A DNA stretch of 34,527 bases from a virus (IMGVR_UViG_3300048630_000409:1-34527), one strand, 5' to 3'. Positions 1 through 8,549 are shown, counted from the first letter of the stretch. Translations and numbers: made by a program. The notes: generated from the sequence alone by a model not told the origin.

Positions 1-677
1 CCCGGCCGAGCGCCGCGGAACCGGCCGCGCCCACGCTGACCGAGCGCCTTTCCGCCGCCGGCCGCGCGGTGCGCGTGGTCCACGCCTTCCCCCCCTGCGA
101 CTGGGACGAGCTGGTCGGCGAGGCGTTCGACGCGCGGATCGAGTTCGCCGGCGGCACCCTGCTCCTCGCCCCGACGCCGGGCATGACCGTGATCGACATC
201 GACGGGGCCTTGCCCCCGCGCGAACTGGCGTTCGCGGCCTGCGCCCCGATCGCCGCCGCGCTGCGCCGTTTCGGGCTGGGCGGGACCATCGCGATCGATT
301 TCCCCACCCTCTCCGCGCGGGAAGAACGCCGCGCGGTCGACGCGGCGCTGGGCGCGGCGCTGGAAGGCTGGCCGCACGAGCGCACGGCGATGAACGGCTT
401 CGGCCTCGTCCAGATCGTCGCGCGGCTCGAACGGCCCTCGCTCCTCCACCTCGCGCATGTCGCGCCCGCCGCCCTCGCCGCGCGGCGCCTGCTTCGCCGG
501 GCGGAACGGGTGGCGGAGCCGGGCGCGCTGCTGCTCGCCTGCCACCCGGCGGTGGCCGCGCAGCTTGCCCCGCCCTGGCTGGAGGAGCTGACCCGCCGCA
601 CGGGCCGCGCGGTGCGGATCGAATCCGACGCCGCCCTTGCCCCGGAGGCCGGTTTCGCGCAGGCGGTGGCGGCATGA
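1..677 (+). CDS. Host ribonuclease E/G family protein, 5' truncated by window edge
   Basis: Frame open from position 3; MTVIDIDG and GTIAIDFP motifs plus GFGLVQIV match the RNase E/G catalytic domain; sits directly upstream of yacG. Confidence 0.85.
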   Translation, partial: RPSAAEPAAPTLTERLSAAGRAVRVVHAFPPCDWDELVGEAFDARIEFAGGTLLLAPTPGMTVIDIDGALPPRELAFAACAPIAAALRRFGLGGTIAIDFPTLSAREERRAVDAALGAALEGWPHERTAMNGFGLVQIVARLERPSLLHLAHVAPAALAARRLLRRAERVAEPGALLLACHPAVAAQLAPPWLEELTRRTGRAVRIESDAALAPEAGFAQAVAA

Positions 678-841
678 CCAGCCCCCGCCCCTGCCCGATC
701 TGCAAGAAGCCGCGGCGCGAGGAATTCGCCCCCTTCTGCTCCGCCCGCTGCCGCGACCGCGACCTCGCCCAGTGGTTCAACGACGGCTATGCCGTGCCCG
801 GCCGCCCCGCGTCCCCGGACGAGATCGCGCGCGAGGACTGA
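674..841 (+). CDS. yacG: DNA gyrase inhibitor YacG (55 aa)
   Basis: Manual translation MTSPRPCPICKKPRREEFAPFCSARCRDRDLAQWFNDGYAVPG; CxxC...PFCSxRCxxxDLxxW signature; ATGA overlap with upstream gene. Confidence 0.95.
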   Translation: MTSPRPCPICKKPRREEFAPFCSARCRDRDLAQWFNDGYAVPGRPASPDEIARED

Positions 842-849
842 TTCCCCCC

Positions 850-878
850 TTGCCAAGCCCGGCAGCCTTCGCCATAGG
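850..878 (+). promoter_or_regulatory. Putative sigma70 promoter for tRNA-Phe
   Basis: TTGCCA (850-855), 17-nt spacer, CATAGG (873-878); alphaproteobacterial-type -10. Confidence 0.5.
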
Positions 879-929
879 GCCGCTTCCAACCGCTCGCCGG
901 CCTTTTCCGAAGGGTCGTTCGCAGAGTGC

Positions 930-1005
930 GCCCAGGTAGCTCAGTTGGTAGAGCATGCGACTGAAAATCGCAGTGTCGGCGGTTCGATTCCGTCCCTGGG
1001 CACCA
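930..1005 (+). tRNA. tRNA-Phe (GAA); prophage integration target
   Basis: 76 nt; acceptor GCCCAGG/CCTGGGC, D-arm AGCTCAGTTGGTAGAGC, anticodon loop CTGAAAA, T-loop GGTTCGATTCC, encoded CCA. Confidence 0.98.
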
Positions 1006-1011
1006 CCCCAT

Positions 1012-2130
1012 CTATTTTTCGGTGTCTTTCCAGTCGCTTGCCGAGGTTCGGCAATTTTCCGGCGCACTAGGTTCGGCAAATTGCGACTCTAATCGCGCAA
1101 GCGCGCTGTCCGCGAGGCGGGCACGGTTGGCCTTGGCGCGATAGTGCACGAAGGTGTCAGACTTCCTGTGGCCGGTCACTGCCTGGCCCTCGGCGTCGGT
1201 GGCGCCGCGCTCGACCATCTGCCGCGATACGGACTTGCGCAGCCCATGAAGCGAGCACTGCGGTAGCCCGGCTTCATCGCACCACTTGCGCACGCGATTG
1301 CCCAGCCCTGCATCGGTGAAGGGTTTGCCGTAAACGGTGGTGATGAGGAAGCGGATCGGAGCGGCGGGAAGCGCGTCGATCGCTGCTCGCGTGGTCGAGA
1401 GCATCGGGACGCTCGTCTCATGGCTGCCCTTCGCGTGCGCGACGTAGATCCGCCCGCTGCGGATATGGTCGCGCTCGATCTTGTTTACGTTGCAGCGTCG
1501 CCCCGCGGTGTTGAGCGTCAGCTCCAGCGTCAGGCGGGCCATAGTGCCGAGAGGATGCGTTGCCCGGAACTGCTCGATCTCCTCGTCGGTCCAATCGTGG
1601 AACCCGGCGCCGTCCTTGTATTTGGCGGTCAGTTCGACCGGATTGCTGTTCCGCCACCCGAGGCGAATGGCGTGGTTCATCAGGCCCTTGAGCTTCTTAC
1701 GCAGGTCGTTCGCTGCCCCCGGTCTGTCGGCCATCTCCGCAAGCTTCGCGTCGAGCCATCCGACCGTCACCTTGTCGACTGGACGGCGGCCATAGCGCCG
1801 CCCCTTCTTGTCCTCCCGGTTGAGAAAGCGATCAATGACCTGGCCAGCGACATGCTGATATCGCGGACTATTCTTGGTCCAGTGCGCCGAGGCCTTGTAG
1901 CGCCGGAAGAGATCGTCGAGCGACCGCGGATCGACGGGCTTCGGGCTCTTGGCTCCGCCCTTCGGTATTCTGCCATCGCGCAAGATCGCCGCGACCGCTT
2001 CGAGCATCTCGGGCGAACCGGGCGGCCCGGGCACCATTGCGCTGCGGTAACCGGCCTTGCGGAAGCGATATCGGATCTTGCCATGCCGGTCGCGTTCCGG
2101 TCGAACGTTGCGCGGCAGGTCAGTCGTCAT
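1012..2130 (-). CDS. int: Tyrosine recombinase/integrase (372 aa from ATG 2130)
   Basis: Catalytic R (TAGRR), K (HAKG), HGLRK, GHR, Y (VHYR); N-terminal DRHGKIRYRFR arm-binding-like segment; adjacent to tRNA. Confidence 0.95.
   Translation of the reverse strand: MTTDLPRNVRPERDRHGKIRYRFRKAGYRSAMVPGPPGSPEMLEAVAAILRDGRIPKGGAKSPKPVDPRSLDDLFRRYKASAHWTKNSPRYQHVAGQVIDRFLNREDKKGRRYGRRPVDKVTVGWLDAKLAEMADRPGAANDLRKKLKGLMNHAIRLGWRNSNPVELTAKYKDGAGFHDWTDEEIEQFRATHPLGTMARLTLELTLNTAGRRCNVNKIERDHIRSGRIYVAHAKGSHETSVPMLSTTRAAIDALPAAPIRFLITTVYGKPFTDAGLGNRVRKWCDEAGLPQCSLHGLRKSVSRQMVERGATDAEGQAVTGHRKSDTFVHYRAKANRARLADSALARLESQFAEPSAPENCRTSASDWKDTEK
1038..1079. repeat. Direct repeat AGGTTCGGCAA x2 plus palindrome TTGCCGA-GGT-TCGGCAA; candidate integrase arm sites
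   Basis: Copies at 1044-1054 and 1069-1079; palindrome 1038-1054; 30-75 nt from the att-containing tRNA end. Confidence 0.5.
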
Positions 2131-2299
2131 CCGTCCATTCCTCCTCCGCCGCTGGCGGGGGCGGCGATTCGCCGATGATGACTTCGATCTCTGCTTTTTC
2201 CAAGCGCATGACGATCCGCGCGCAGTGGAACCCGGCCCTCGCAACCGCCTTGGTCGCCCGGTTCATGTCGTCCTGCGTGATGCGCGCGGGGGCTGTCAT
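2120..2299 (-). CDS. Small protein upstream of integrase, candidate excisionase/RDF (59 aa)
   Basis: MTAPARITQDDMNRATKAV...; overlaps int start, a position typical of xis. Confidence 0.55.
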   Translation of the reverse strand: MTAPARITQDDMNRATKAVARAGFHCARIVMRLEKAEIEVIIGESPPPPAAEEEWTDDD

Positions 2300-2931
2300 C
2301 GGTTGATCCTGTCGATATTCCCGTGCTTCACGTCGAAGCTGACCGCGACGACCCACGGGTTGTCCTCCCAACGCTGACCGGGTCTGTCGTGGAGCCTGTT
2401 CCAAAGGAGCTCGAACATGCGCCGCTGGCTGATCGCCGCCCCGCGGATGAAGCTGTACTCGGCGCCCTCCGCGATCGCATCCTCTTCGCTGATCTCCGCC
2501 ACTCGCTGCACCCGGACGTCGGTCACAAGCAGCGTCAGGCGCGAGGCCCAGCGGGGCATGTGGATGGATGGATTCCACGGTCCCCAATACGGTTGCCATC
2601 CATGGTCCGGGTCGGCCCGGTAGTGAACCCTTCCGCCCCTCGCTTGGCTTGGCTTCTTTCCCCAGCCTATGCCGCTGACTGCGAAAGCCTCGCGCACGTA
2701 GAGCCGGTCGCCGGGGGCGTAGGGCATCTTCTTGACGAAGTTCCGCGTGCAGGGGCGGCCATCGATGTTCTGCCCCCAGTTCCAGATCTTGCCCTTGCGA
2801 TCTGGCGCACAGAAGTTGCCCATGTTGTCGATGAATGGCGCCGGCTTGATCAGCCGCCGCGTCTGCGTCTTCCGCCCGTCGAGCAGCGCGCGAACCATCG
2901 GGGCTGCGAAGATGATGCCCTTATCGCTCAT
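2296..2931 (-). CDS. ASCH/PUA-like phage protein
   Basis: IIFAAPMVRALLDGRKTQTRR (GxKxxTxR), GDRLYVREAF, SIHMPRWASR, ISEEDAIAEG, WEDNPWVVAV motifs. Confidence 0.85.
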   Translation of the reverse strand: MSDKGIIFAAPMVRALLDGRKTQTRRLIKPAPFIDNMGNFCAPDRKGKIWNWGQNIDGRPCTRNFVKKMPYAPGDRLYVREAFAVSGIGWGKKPSQARGGRVHYRADPDHGWQPYWGPWNPSIHMPRWASRLTLLVTDVRVQRVAEISEEDAIAEGAEYSFIRGAAISQRRMFELLWNRLHDRPGQRWEDNPWVVAVSFDVKHGNIDRINR

Positions 2932-3194
2932 CGCGCCGCCCTCCCCCAATCGATCCCGCTCAGCAGGATCCCAGCGAGGCACTTCGCAAACGGAAGCCCC
3001 GCATTCGCCTGGATCGTGAAAATCTCCAACGCCTGCCGCTCCAGCATTTCTGATTGGTCCCGCGTGAGGCTCACCCGGTTCAAGCCGCGCAAGCTGCCGA
3101 GCATCGTGTGTGCCACGATCGGATGGCCCTCGCGGCAATGCCCGCGCGGCGGGAGGCCCGAAACGGTGCGGAGCGTGACTTCGCCCTTACTCAT
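2928..3194 (-). CDS. Hypothetical phage protein (88 aa)
   Basis: 4-nt overlaps with both neighbours in the leftward operon; GGAGG upstream. Confidence 0.65.
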   Translation of the reverse strand: MSKGEVTLRTVSGLPPRGHCREGHPIVAHTMLGSLRGLNRVSLTRDQSEMLERQALEIFTIQANAGLPFAKCLAGILLSGIDWGRAAR

Positions 3195-3454
3195 TCCGAA
3201 ATCCTCCTCCGCGGCAGATGCCCGGTCGAAATCAACTGCGCCCTCGCCTCGTCACGACTGATGCGGCGCCCGGCCGACCACGGTCCGAACGCTGCCGACA
3301 CCGCAGCCTGGGCTTGGCGATAGGCTTGTTCGGCCGCGTCGAGCTGCGCGAACGCATCGGCCAGGGCGCGGGTGCGCTGGAGTTGCGTGTCTTCGGCGCT
3401 CGGCAAATGGAGAACCTTGCCCGGCACCGGATGCTTCTTTGATCGCGCAGTCAT
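3191..3454 (-). CDS. Hypothetical phage protein (87 aa)
   Basis: ATGA-coupled start MTARSKKHP; helical, Ala-rich. Confidence 0.65.
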   Translation of the reverse strand: MTARSKKHPVPGKVLHLPSAEDTQLQRTRALADAFAQLDAAEQAYRQAQAAVSAAFGPWSAGRRISRDEARAQLISTGHLPRRRISE

Positions 3455-3759
3455 TGCTTGCAGCTTTCCCATGTGGAAAGGGCTTCGCGGCACTGCTTAA
3501 CCCAGGGGTTGTCGTCCTTGTCCTTGGCCAAAAGCCAAAGCTGGTCGGACGCCTCCCTCAGCGCCTCAGCCATTTTCTCGGCTGCCTCTGCCTGTGCTGT
3601 GGTGGATGCGAGGCGGTGGGCAGTTCCGCGGAGGGCCTCGGCTGCTTCGATTGTCAGGCGAACGTGCGAGAAGCCCTGTCGTTTGTTCGAGCGGATGCGA
3701 TACTCCGCATATTCCGCCAGGGCGTCGAGGCCTTCCTGCGTTACCTGTTCTTGTGCCAT
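3451..3759 (-). CDS. Hypothetical phage protein (102 aa)
   Basis: GAGG SD, operon packing. Confidence 0.7.
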   Translation of the reverse strand: MAQEQVTQEGLDALAEYAEYRIRSNKRQGFSHVRLTIEAAEALRGTAHRLASTTAQAEAAEKMAEALREASDQLWLLAKDKDDNPWVKQCREALSTWESCKQ

Positions 3760-3760
3760 G

Positions 3761-3994
3761 TTAGTTGTCCTCGCGTTCGGCGAGCATGGCGTCAGCCCAA
3801 GCGTAGGCCCGGCGAGCAGCTGCTTTTGCGTGGTCTTTGCCGCGCCTGCCCCAATCGTTGTCGTAGCTGTCGGCGAAGCAGACGAACATTGCCTGTCCCG
3901 CGAAGTAATCGCGCAGGGTCATGCCGTCTTGCATACCGGCCGGCTGTTCGAAGCCGGGACGCGGGAACGCGGGCGGGTTGTTCTCACTCGCCAT
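3761..3994 (-). CDS. Conserved phage protein of the GMTLRDYFA family
   Basis: PAFP...GMTLRDYFAGQAM...AYAWADAML motif typical of a widespread small phage protein family. Confidence 0.85.
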   Translation of the reverse strand: MASENNPPAFPRPGFEQPAGMQDGMTLRDYFAGQAMFVCFADSYDNDWGRRGKDHAKAAARRAYAWADAMLAEREDN

Positions 3995-4226
3995 GACGGT
4001 TCCCCACCATGCGGTCGTATGCGGCCTTGGCCTCGCGAAGGGAGTAGCCGTTAACGGCCCGAAGCTTCTTGATCGCCGCAATGGGGTCCAGCCCTTCGAT
4101 GAGCTTTGCATCGTTGGGAGCCGCCTCGGCAGCAAGTAAGTCGATGGCTTGTTGCTTCAGCCGCTCGAAGTCTGCCGCATCGGACACGGACAGATCGATC
4201 GCCAGGAACTTGAACGGGCTAGTCAT
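3984..4226 (-). CDS. Small protein with ribosomal protein L7/L12 C-terminal-like motif (80 aa)
   Basis: IAAIKKLRAVNGYSLREAK resembles the bL12 CTD consensus IxVIKxVRxxTGLGLKEAK. Confidence 0.7.
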   Translation of the reverse strand: MTSPFKFLAIDLSVSDAADFERLKQQAIDLLAAEAAPNDAKLIEGLDPIAAIKKLRAVNGYSLREAKAAYDRMVGNRHGE

Positions 4227-4644
4227 GACGGTTCCCCTGACTGGTGGTGGACGCTTGCGGATCGAAGAAGCCAAGCGCGCCCTTGCACGGGATGGGCTTC
4301 GCAAGGGGCTGGGGATCGCGCAGGACAAAGCCGTACCTGCCGAAAAACCACGGGCTGTCGGATTGGCTGACGCAATCGACAACCTCGACCGTGCCGACCA
4401 AATGGCCGCCTAGGTCGCGCATGTCGCGATAGGTCAATCCGGTGTCGCAAGGCTCGCCACCCCCAGAGCGGTAGGTGTGCCGCACGAAAGCAGTGTCGTC
4501 GGTCACCTCGCCAAGGTTCCACCACTTGCTCGCGTGGATATAGACACGCCCGCGAAACTTGGTCGGCCAGTCGCGATTTTCGATGTCTTTGCCCGCGTAC
4601 AGGATTGCCCACCACCAAGGCGCGCGGATGGAAATGGCTCTCAC
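4219..4644 (-). CDS. ASCH domain protein
   Basis: AISIRAPWWWAILYAGKDIENRDWPTKFRGRVYIHAS ... GTVEVVDCV ... PIPCKGALGFF. Confidence 0.9.
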   Translation of the reverse strand: MRAISIRAPWWWAILYAGKDIENRDWPTKFRGRVYIHASKWWNLGEVTDDTAFVRHTYRSGGGEPCDTGLTYRDMRDLGGHLVGTVEVVDCVSQSDSPWFFGRYGFVLRDPQPLAKPIPCKGALGFFDPQASTTSQGNRHD

Positions 4645-4907
4645 GCCACACCTCCCGCCCGGTTAGGGGCATTCTGGGCGCGCTCCCGGGGAGCTTCGTG
4701 CAAAGGCCCGTAGTCATCTCTCTCATGCAGTCCCGCCGCGATCTCGTCGCGAGCGACAGCGAACCGGCGCAGACTGTCCTCGGCGGGCTCGCCAGCGCGG
4801 CGGCATGCGGCAATCTTGGCATCGAGCCAGGCCAGCGTATCGGCACGCTCGCTCGTGGCGCTGCGTGGCAGATCGAGCGCCGCGCGGATAAGGCCGGAGC
4901 CGCTCAT
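4641..4907 (-). CDS. Hypothetical phage protein (88 aa)
   Basis: 4-nt overlaps at both ends; start MSGSGLIR. Confidence 0.6.
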   Translation of the reverse strand: MSGSGLIRAALDLPRSATSERADTLAWLDAKIAACRRAGEPAEDSLRRFAVARDEIAAGLHERDDYGPLHEAPRERAQNAPNRAGGVA

Positions 4908-5587
4908 GTCGCCGCCCTTTCGTCCTGCTGGGCCGCGCCGCCCCACTGCTCCGCCATCGCAGCGGCGATGCCAGGGAAGAACCGACTGCGCTCCCGCTCG
5001 CGCGCCTCACCCGGCGGCATTCGATGAACGCGCGCAGACGGCTTGGCATCGGCCGGCAAGTCCAGCTCCCTGCGCGCATCATCCATCGTTCGGTAAGTCG
5101 GCACGAGCGGATCGAGCCCGCGCAGCCAGAGGCAGGTCCGCTTCGTCTCCCAATCGCCGAACTGCCACGGCTGCACGGACTGCGCGGACTCGCGATAGTT
5201 GGCGATGCGGGCCTTCGCATGGCGATGCATGACGGGGTTCTCGACGGCGACGCGATCGACCGGCGCGTTCCACATCGCGGAGAACAGGTCAGCGCCCTCG
5301 TCCAGCTCGCGCCACAGTTCGTCACGCGTGCGGCCCGGCGGCGGCACCGAAAGCCACCGCACACCGCTGTTGCAGAGCCGCGTGCAAGGCGGATGCGCAA
5401 GGATGAGCAAGTCCCAGCCCCAGAGCACGACTTCCCGCGCGTCGCCAACGACATGGCGATTGCTGCCATCCTCGGCCGTGCGCAGGTCGCAGGACCAAGC
5501 ATCGTGACCGAGGCGTTCGAATGCACGACGAACGGTGCCCGTAAACTCGCAGGCGATCAGGACGCGGAGGGGCGCCGAGAGCTTCAC
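4904..5587 (-). CDS. DNA cytosine-5 methyltransferase-like protein (compact phage type)
   Basis: VLIACEFTG (divergent motif I), WSCDL, AHPPC (catalytic PC), VENP (motif VI), KRTCLW, RSRFFPGIAAAMAEQWG. Confidence 0.75.
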   Translation of the reverse strand: MKLSAPLRVLIACEFTGTVRRAFERLGHDAWSCDLRTAEDGSNRHVVGDAREVVLWGWDLLILAHPPCTRLCNSGVRWLSVPPPGRTRDELWRELDEGADLFSAMWNAPVDRVAVENPVMHRHAKARIANYRESAQSVQPWQFGDWETKRTCLWLRGLDPLVPTYRTMDDARRELDLPADAKPSARVHRMPPGEARERERSRFFPGIAAAMAEQWGGAAQQDERAAT

Positions 5588-6822
5588 TTGTCCTGCCCAT
5601 CCCCATCCGCCGAAAGCGCCTTGCGCTTCGCCGTGATGAGCCCGTCGACCTCCTTCGCGACATCATCGTCATACGCGGCGCGGGCGTTGATCCAGCTCTC
5701 GTCGATCTTCTTGAGATAGGCGAGGTTCTTCGCCGCGTTGATGCCGCCGCGGATTTCGCGGAGCTTGGCCTCCGAGGGGCTTTCTTCGGGCTCGTCGGCC
5801 TCCTCGCCCTCGTCGTCGTCGCCGCCGCTCTCTTCGCCAGCGTCGAGCTTCCGCGCGGTTTCCTCGTCGACCTCCGTCAGGCCGGTGTTCGGGTCGGTCT
5901 TGATCTCGCCGGTTTCGGCGTCGACCGCCTCGCCGCTATCCTGCTCGTCCAACTCCTCTCCCGACGGCAGCGCGACCGGTTCATCCGGCTCGACCGAGTC
6001 GAGCGCCGCGACGGCGGAGCGAGCGGCGCGATCGATCTCCTCGCCTTCGACATCGCGGAAGATGTCGCCGCTCATCGGCAGCACTTTCGAGTGCCGGCGC
6101 ATGACGGTCTTCTTCGCCATTTCCGCGAAGTGGTCGACCCAAGGACCCTTCGGCTCGATCGGCTTGCCCTTGTTCGCGCCGAACTTCACGACCTGCCCGA
6201 CGGCGCCGGTCTGGCTAAGCTGCCTGATCTTGTTGATCTCGGCGCGGCGCATGACTTCGGCCGACCAGGAGCCGTCCTTGAACTTCACCAGCGAGAACGC
6301 GGCGACAATCTCGCCGTCCTCGGTTTCCTCGACCGATAGCGAGAGGTCGGGCCGGTAGCGGATCGGCGGCTCCATGCCGAGCTCGAACAGGAACCGGCCG
6401 CTCTCGTACTCGGCCCTGTAGACCACGCCGACCTGCATCACGCTGATCTCGTCGGACTGCATGATCTTCTTCCGCAGGCCGTAGACCATCGGCATGTACT
6501 GGACCTGCTTGACGGTCACCCACTTGCCCTGCCCGTCCTTCTCGCGGGTGTTGAACGGCACGAGCGCAGCCTCGCGACCGTCGGGCAGAAGTCCATCCTG
6601 CGCGGCCTTCATGCACGACAGGATGAGGCTGCGGCGATCCGCCTGCAGGATGGTCGGGTTCTGCTGTGCCGCCATCAGCACGGTGCGCTGCAGATCCTCC
6701 GGCTTGATGTGCGAGGGAAGCGCCATGCGGAACGATTCCGCGCGCTCTTCGAGCTGGCTCTTGAGTACGACCAGCGGCGGTTGCTCGCGCTGTTCGGCGA
6801 TGGCGGTGGACTGTGCATTCAT
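5584..6822 (-). CDS. recT: RecT family ssDNA-annealing recombinase with long acidic C-terminal tail
   Basis: ALPSHI, SCMKAAQDGLLPDGREAALVPF, QYMPMVYGL, GPWVDHFAEMAKKTVMRR motifs; start MNAQSTAI with GGAG SD. Confidence 0.92.
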   Translation of the reverse strand: MNAQSTAIAEQREQPPLVVLKSQLEERAESFRMALPSHIKPEDLQRTVLMAAQQNPTILQADRRSLILSCMKAAQDGLLPDGREAALVPFNTREKDGQGKWVTVKQVQYMPMVYGLRKKIMQSDEISVMQVGVVYRAEYESGRFLFELGMEPPIRYRPDLSLSVEETEDGEIVAAFSLVKFKDGSWSAEVMRRAEINKIRQLSQTGAVGQVVKFGANKGKPIEPKGPWVDHFAEMAKKTVMRRHSKVLPMSGDIFRDVEGEEIDRAARSAVAALDSVEPDEPVALPSGEELDEQDSGEAVDAETGEIKTDPNTGLTEVDEETARKLDAGEESGGDDDEGEEADEPEESPSEAKLREIRGGINAAKNLAYLKKIDESWINARAAYDDDVAKEVDGLITAKRKALSADGDGQDK

Positions 6823-6847
6823 GGTGGTTGTTCTCCGGGAGTGTGGG

Positions 6848-7129
6848 TCAGGAGGGCAGCGGATCGCCGTCGAGCAGCGAGGTCTCGTCGTCGCCGTCGT
6901 CAGGGGCATCGGCGTCCGGCTCGGTGTCGGGGTTGTAGAGGCCGAGGATCGGCTTGCAGGCGAGCGCCGGGGCGTCATCGCTGATCGCGTCGACCGTGAC
7001 GCGCTGCCAGCCATCGCCCGACTTATCGGGCACCTTGACGATGTCGCCCTTGGTCAGCGGCTCACCGTCCCATTCGTAGGTGTAGGTGCGCTTGTCCTCG
7101 GAGCGGAATTTGCATGCGACGTACTGCAT
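6848..7129 (-). CDS. Hypothetical phage protein (93 aa)
   Basis: MQYVACKF...RTYTY...GDIVKV, small beta-rich domain; AAGGA SD. Confidence 0.75.
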   Translation of the reverse strand: MQYVACKFRSEDKRTYTYEWDGEPLTKGDIVKVPDKSGDGWQRVTVDAISDDAPALACKPILGLYNPDTEPDADAPDDGDDETSLLDGDPLPS

Positions 7130-7153
7130 CGGATCGGTCCTTTCGTTCGCGCG

Positions 7154-8014
7154 TCAGCGGTAGTTGGCCTTGGCGACCGGCCAGATGCGGACGCCTTCGA
7201 TCGTGCGAGAGCCGGCGCGGACGCGGCGAGCGATGGCCTTGTCGATCGCCTCGCGAACCTTGTCGTCGTCCGACACAGCCATGAACGCGACCTCGTAGTC
7301 CTGGACCTCGCTCTTCCATTCGCGCTTGCCCGAGATGGTCGCGCCAGCATCGGAGCGGACAGGCTCGGGCGCGGCACTTGCCGAGGGCGCGAGCGAAGCC
7401 TTGGACATGGCCTCTTCGGCTTCGGCCGTAGCGGCAGCGGCGCGCTCTTCTGCAGCCCGACGCTCCTCTTCGTTCGCGGCGTTCTGAGCGGCGGCGCGGG
7501 CATCAGCCTCCGCCTGCTGGCGCTTCCGCTCCGCTTCTGCGGCGCGCTCCGCCGCCGCTCGCTCCTCGGCAGCGACCCGCTCACGCTCGGCCCGCAGCGC
7601 GGCTTCGCGCTTGGCAACGAAGGCGTCCCCGATCGATTCCACCTTCTTCTTCGCCGCGTCGACCCGCTCTTTCAGGGCCTTCTTCTCGGCGTCGACGAGG
7701 CGGCTGCCATCGAGGTAGGGCTGCTTCACGACCTTGTGCGTCGCGTCGATGTGCGAAAGGCAGGCGCGGTACGCTTTCACCAGGTCGCCGCACTTGCCGA
7801 GCGTCTCTTCGTCTTCGGCGCAGGCGCGATCCGCGGCGCCGACCAGCTCGTCCAGCCGTTCAAGGAACTGCGGCCGCTCGCGCAGCAGCTCGGCGCGAAA
7901 CTCCTCGGGAATGATCTCTTCGAGAGGCGGCTTGTTGTGGCCGATGTGGGCCGCGGCAGGCGCGGCATCGTCCGGCCATTCGGGCGCGTCGTCGAAGATG
8001 GGTGTCGTGGCCAT
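7154..8014 (-). CDS. Coiled-coil phage protein in recombination module (286 aa)
   Basis: HIGHNKPP, long EAERA/AAEE coiled coil, C-terminal IEGVRIW; AAAGGAG SD. Confidence 0.8.
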   Translation of the reverse strand: MATTPIFDDAPEWPDDAAPAAAHIGHNKPPLEEIIPEEFRAELLRERPQFLERLDELVGAADRACAEDEETLGKCGDLVKAYRACLSHIDATHKVVKQPYLDGSRLVDAEKKALKERVDAAKKKVESIGDAFVAKREAALRAERERVAAEERAAAERAAEAERKRQQAEADARAAAQNAANEEERRAAEERAAAATAEAEEAMSKASLAPSASAAPEPVRSDAGATISGKREWKSEVQDYEVAFMAVSDDDKVREAIDKAIARRVRAGSRTIEGVRIWPVAKANYR

Positions 8015-8028
8015 GTCAGAGGCTCCTT

Positions 8029-8427
8029 TCAGAACGGAAGCGGCTCGCCGGGATCGAGCGGATCGCGGCGCTTGCGGTGGTCGGCGTAAGCGGAATCGGG
8101 GGCGTGCTGTCTGGCCCACTCCTGTCGGGCGATGGCGCGGCGATAGTCCTGCTCGGTCACGGGCTCGCCGGCACAGTCCGGCCAGACGCGATCGAGATCG
8201 ACGGACTCGCCATTGTACTCGGCCTGCCAGCGCCAGGAGCGGTCAAGCTCCTCGCCGGTGACCGGATCGTGCGGCGGCCCGAACCAGATGCGCACGACAC
8301 CGCGGACGCCGCCCGAACGCATGCGGAAGCGGTAGAAGCCCGCCTCCGGCTTGGTGATGTCCGTGCCGGCGAACACGCGGCGCATGGTTCGCGCAGCATC
8401 AGCATAGGTGACGGGCGCGCGGCTCAT
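8029..8427 (-). CDS. Hypothetical phage protein (132 aa)
   Basis: PEAGFYR...VRIWFGPPHDPVTGEELDRSWRWQA; GAGGTG SD. Confidence 0.8.
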   Translation of the reverse strand: MSRAPVTYADAARTMRRVFAGTDITKPEAGFYRFRMRSGGVRGVVRIWFGPPHDPVTGEELDRSWRWQAEYNGESVDLDRVWPDCAGEPVTEQDYRRAIARQEWARQHAPDSAYADHRKRRDPLDPGEPLPF

Positions 8428-8549
8428 TTCAGCACCACCTCGCCAGTCGCCACGGCAGCGGCACCGGCAGTGAGGCCGTTCGCCATGAACGCGACGAGCA
8501 GGCCGAGAGCGAGTCCGAGGGCGGCTCCGAGGGTGTGGTGGCGGGTCAT
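8424..8549 (-). CDS. Small hydrophobic membrane peptide (41 aa)
   Basis: MTRHHTLGAALGLALGLLVAFMANGL...; ATGA overlaps on both sides. Confidence 0.55.
   Translation of the reverse strand: MTRHHTLGAALGLALGLLVAFMANGLTAGAAAVATGEVVLK

Noticed and set aside
637-1079. ORFs overlapping yacG and the tRNA
   Set aside because: The region is explained by yacG (674-841) and tRNA-Phe; these translations are spurious
2131-2244. Long N-terminal extensions given by the ORF track for int (also RecT, helicase, cI)
   Set aside because: They overlap neighbouring genes or operators; downstream ATGs with SDs or coupling fit better
7400-7620. Low-complexity GCN/GAG repeats
   Set aside because: They simply encode the Ala/Glu/Arg coiled coil of the 7154-8014 protein
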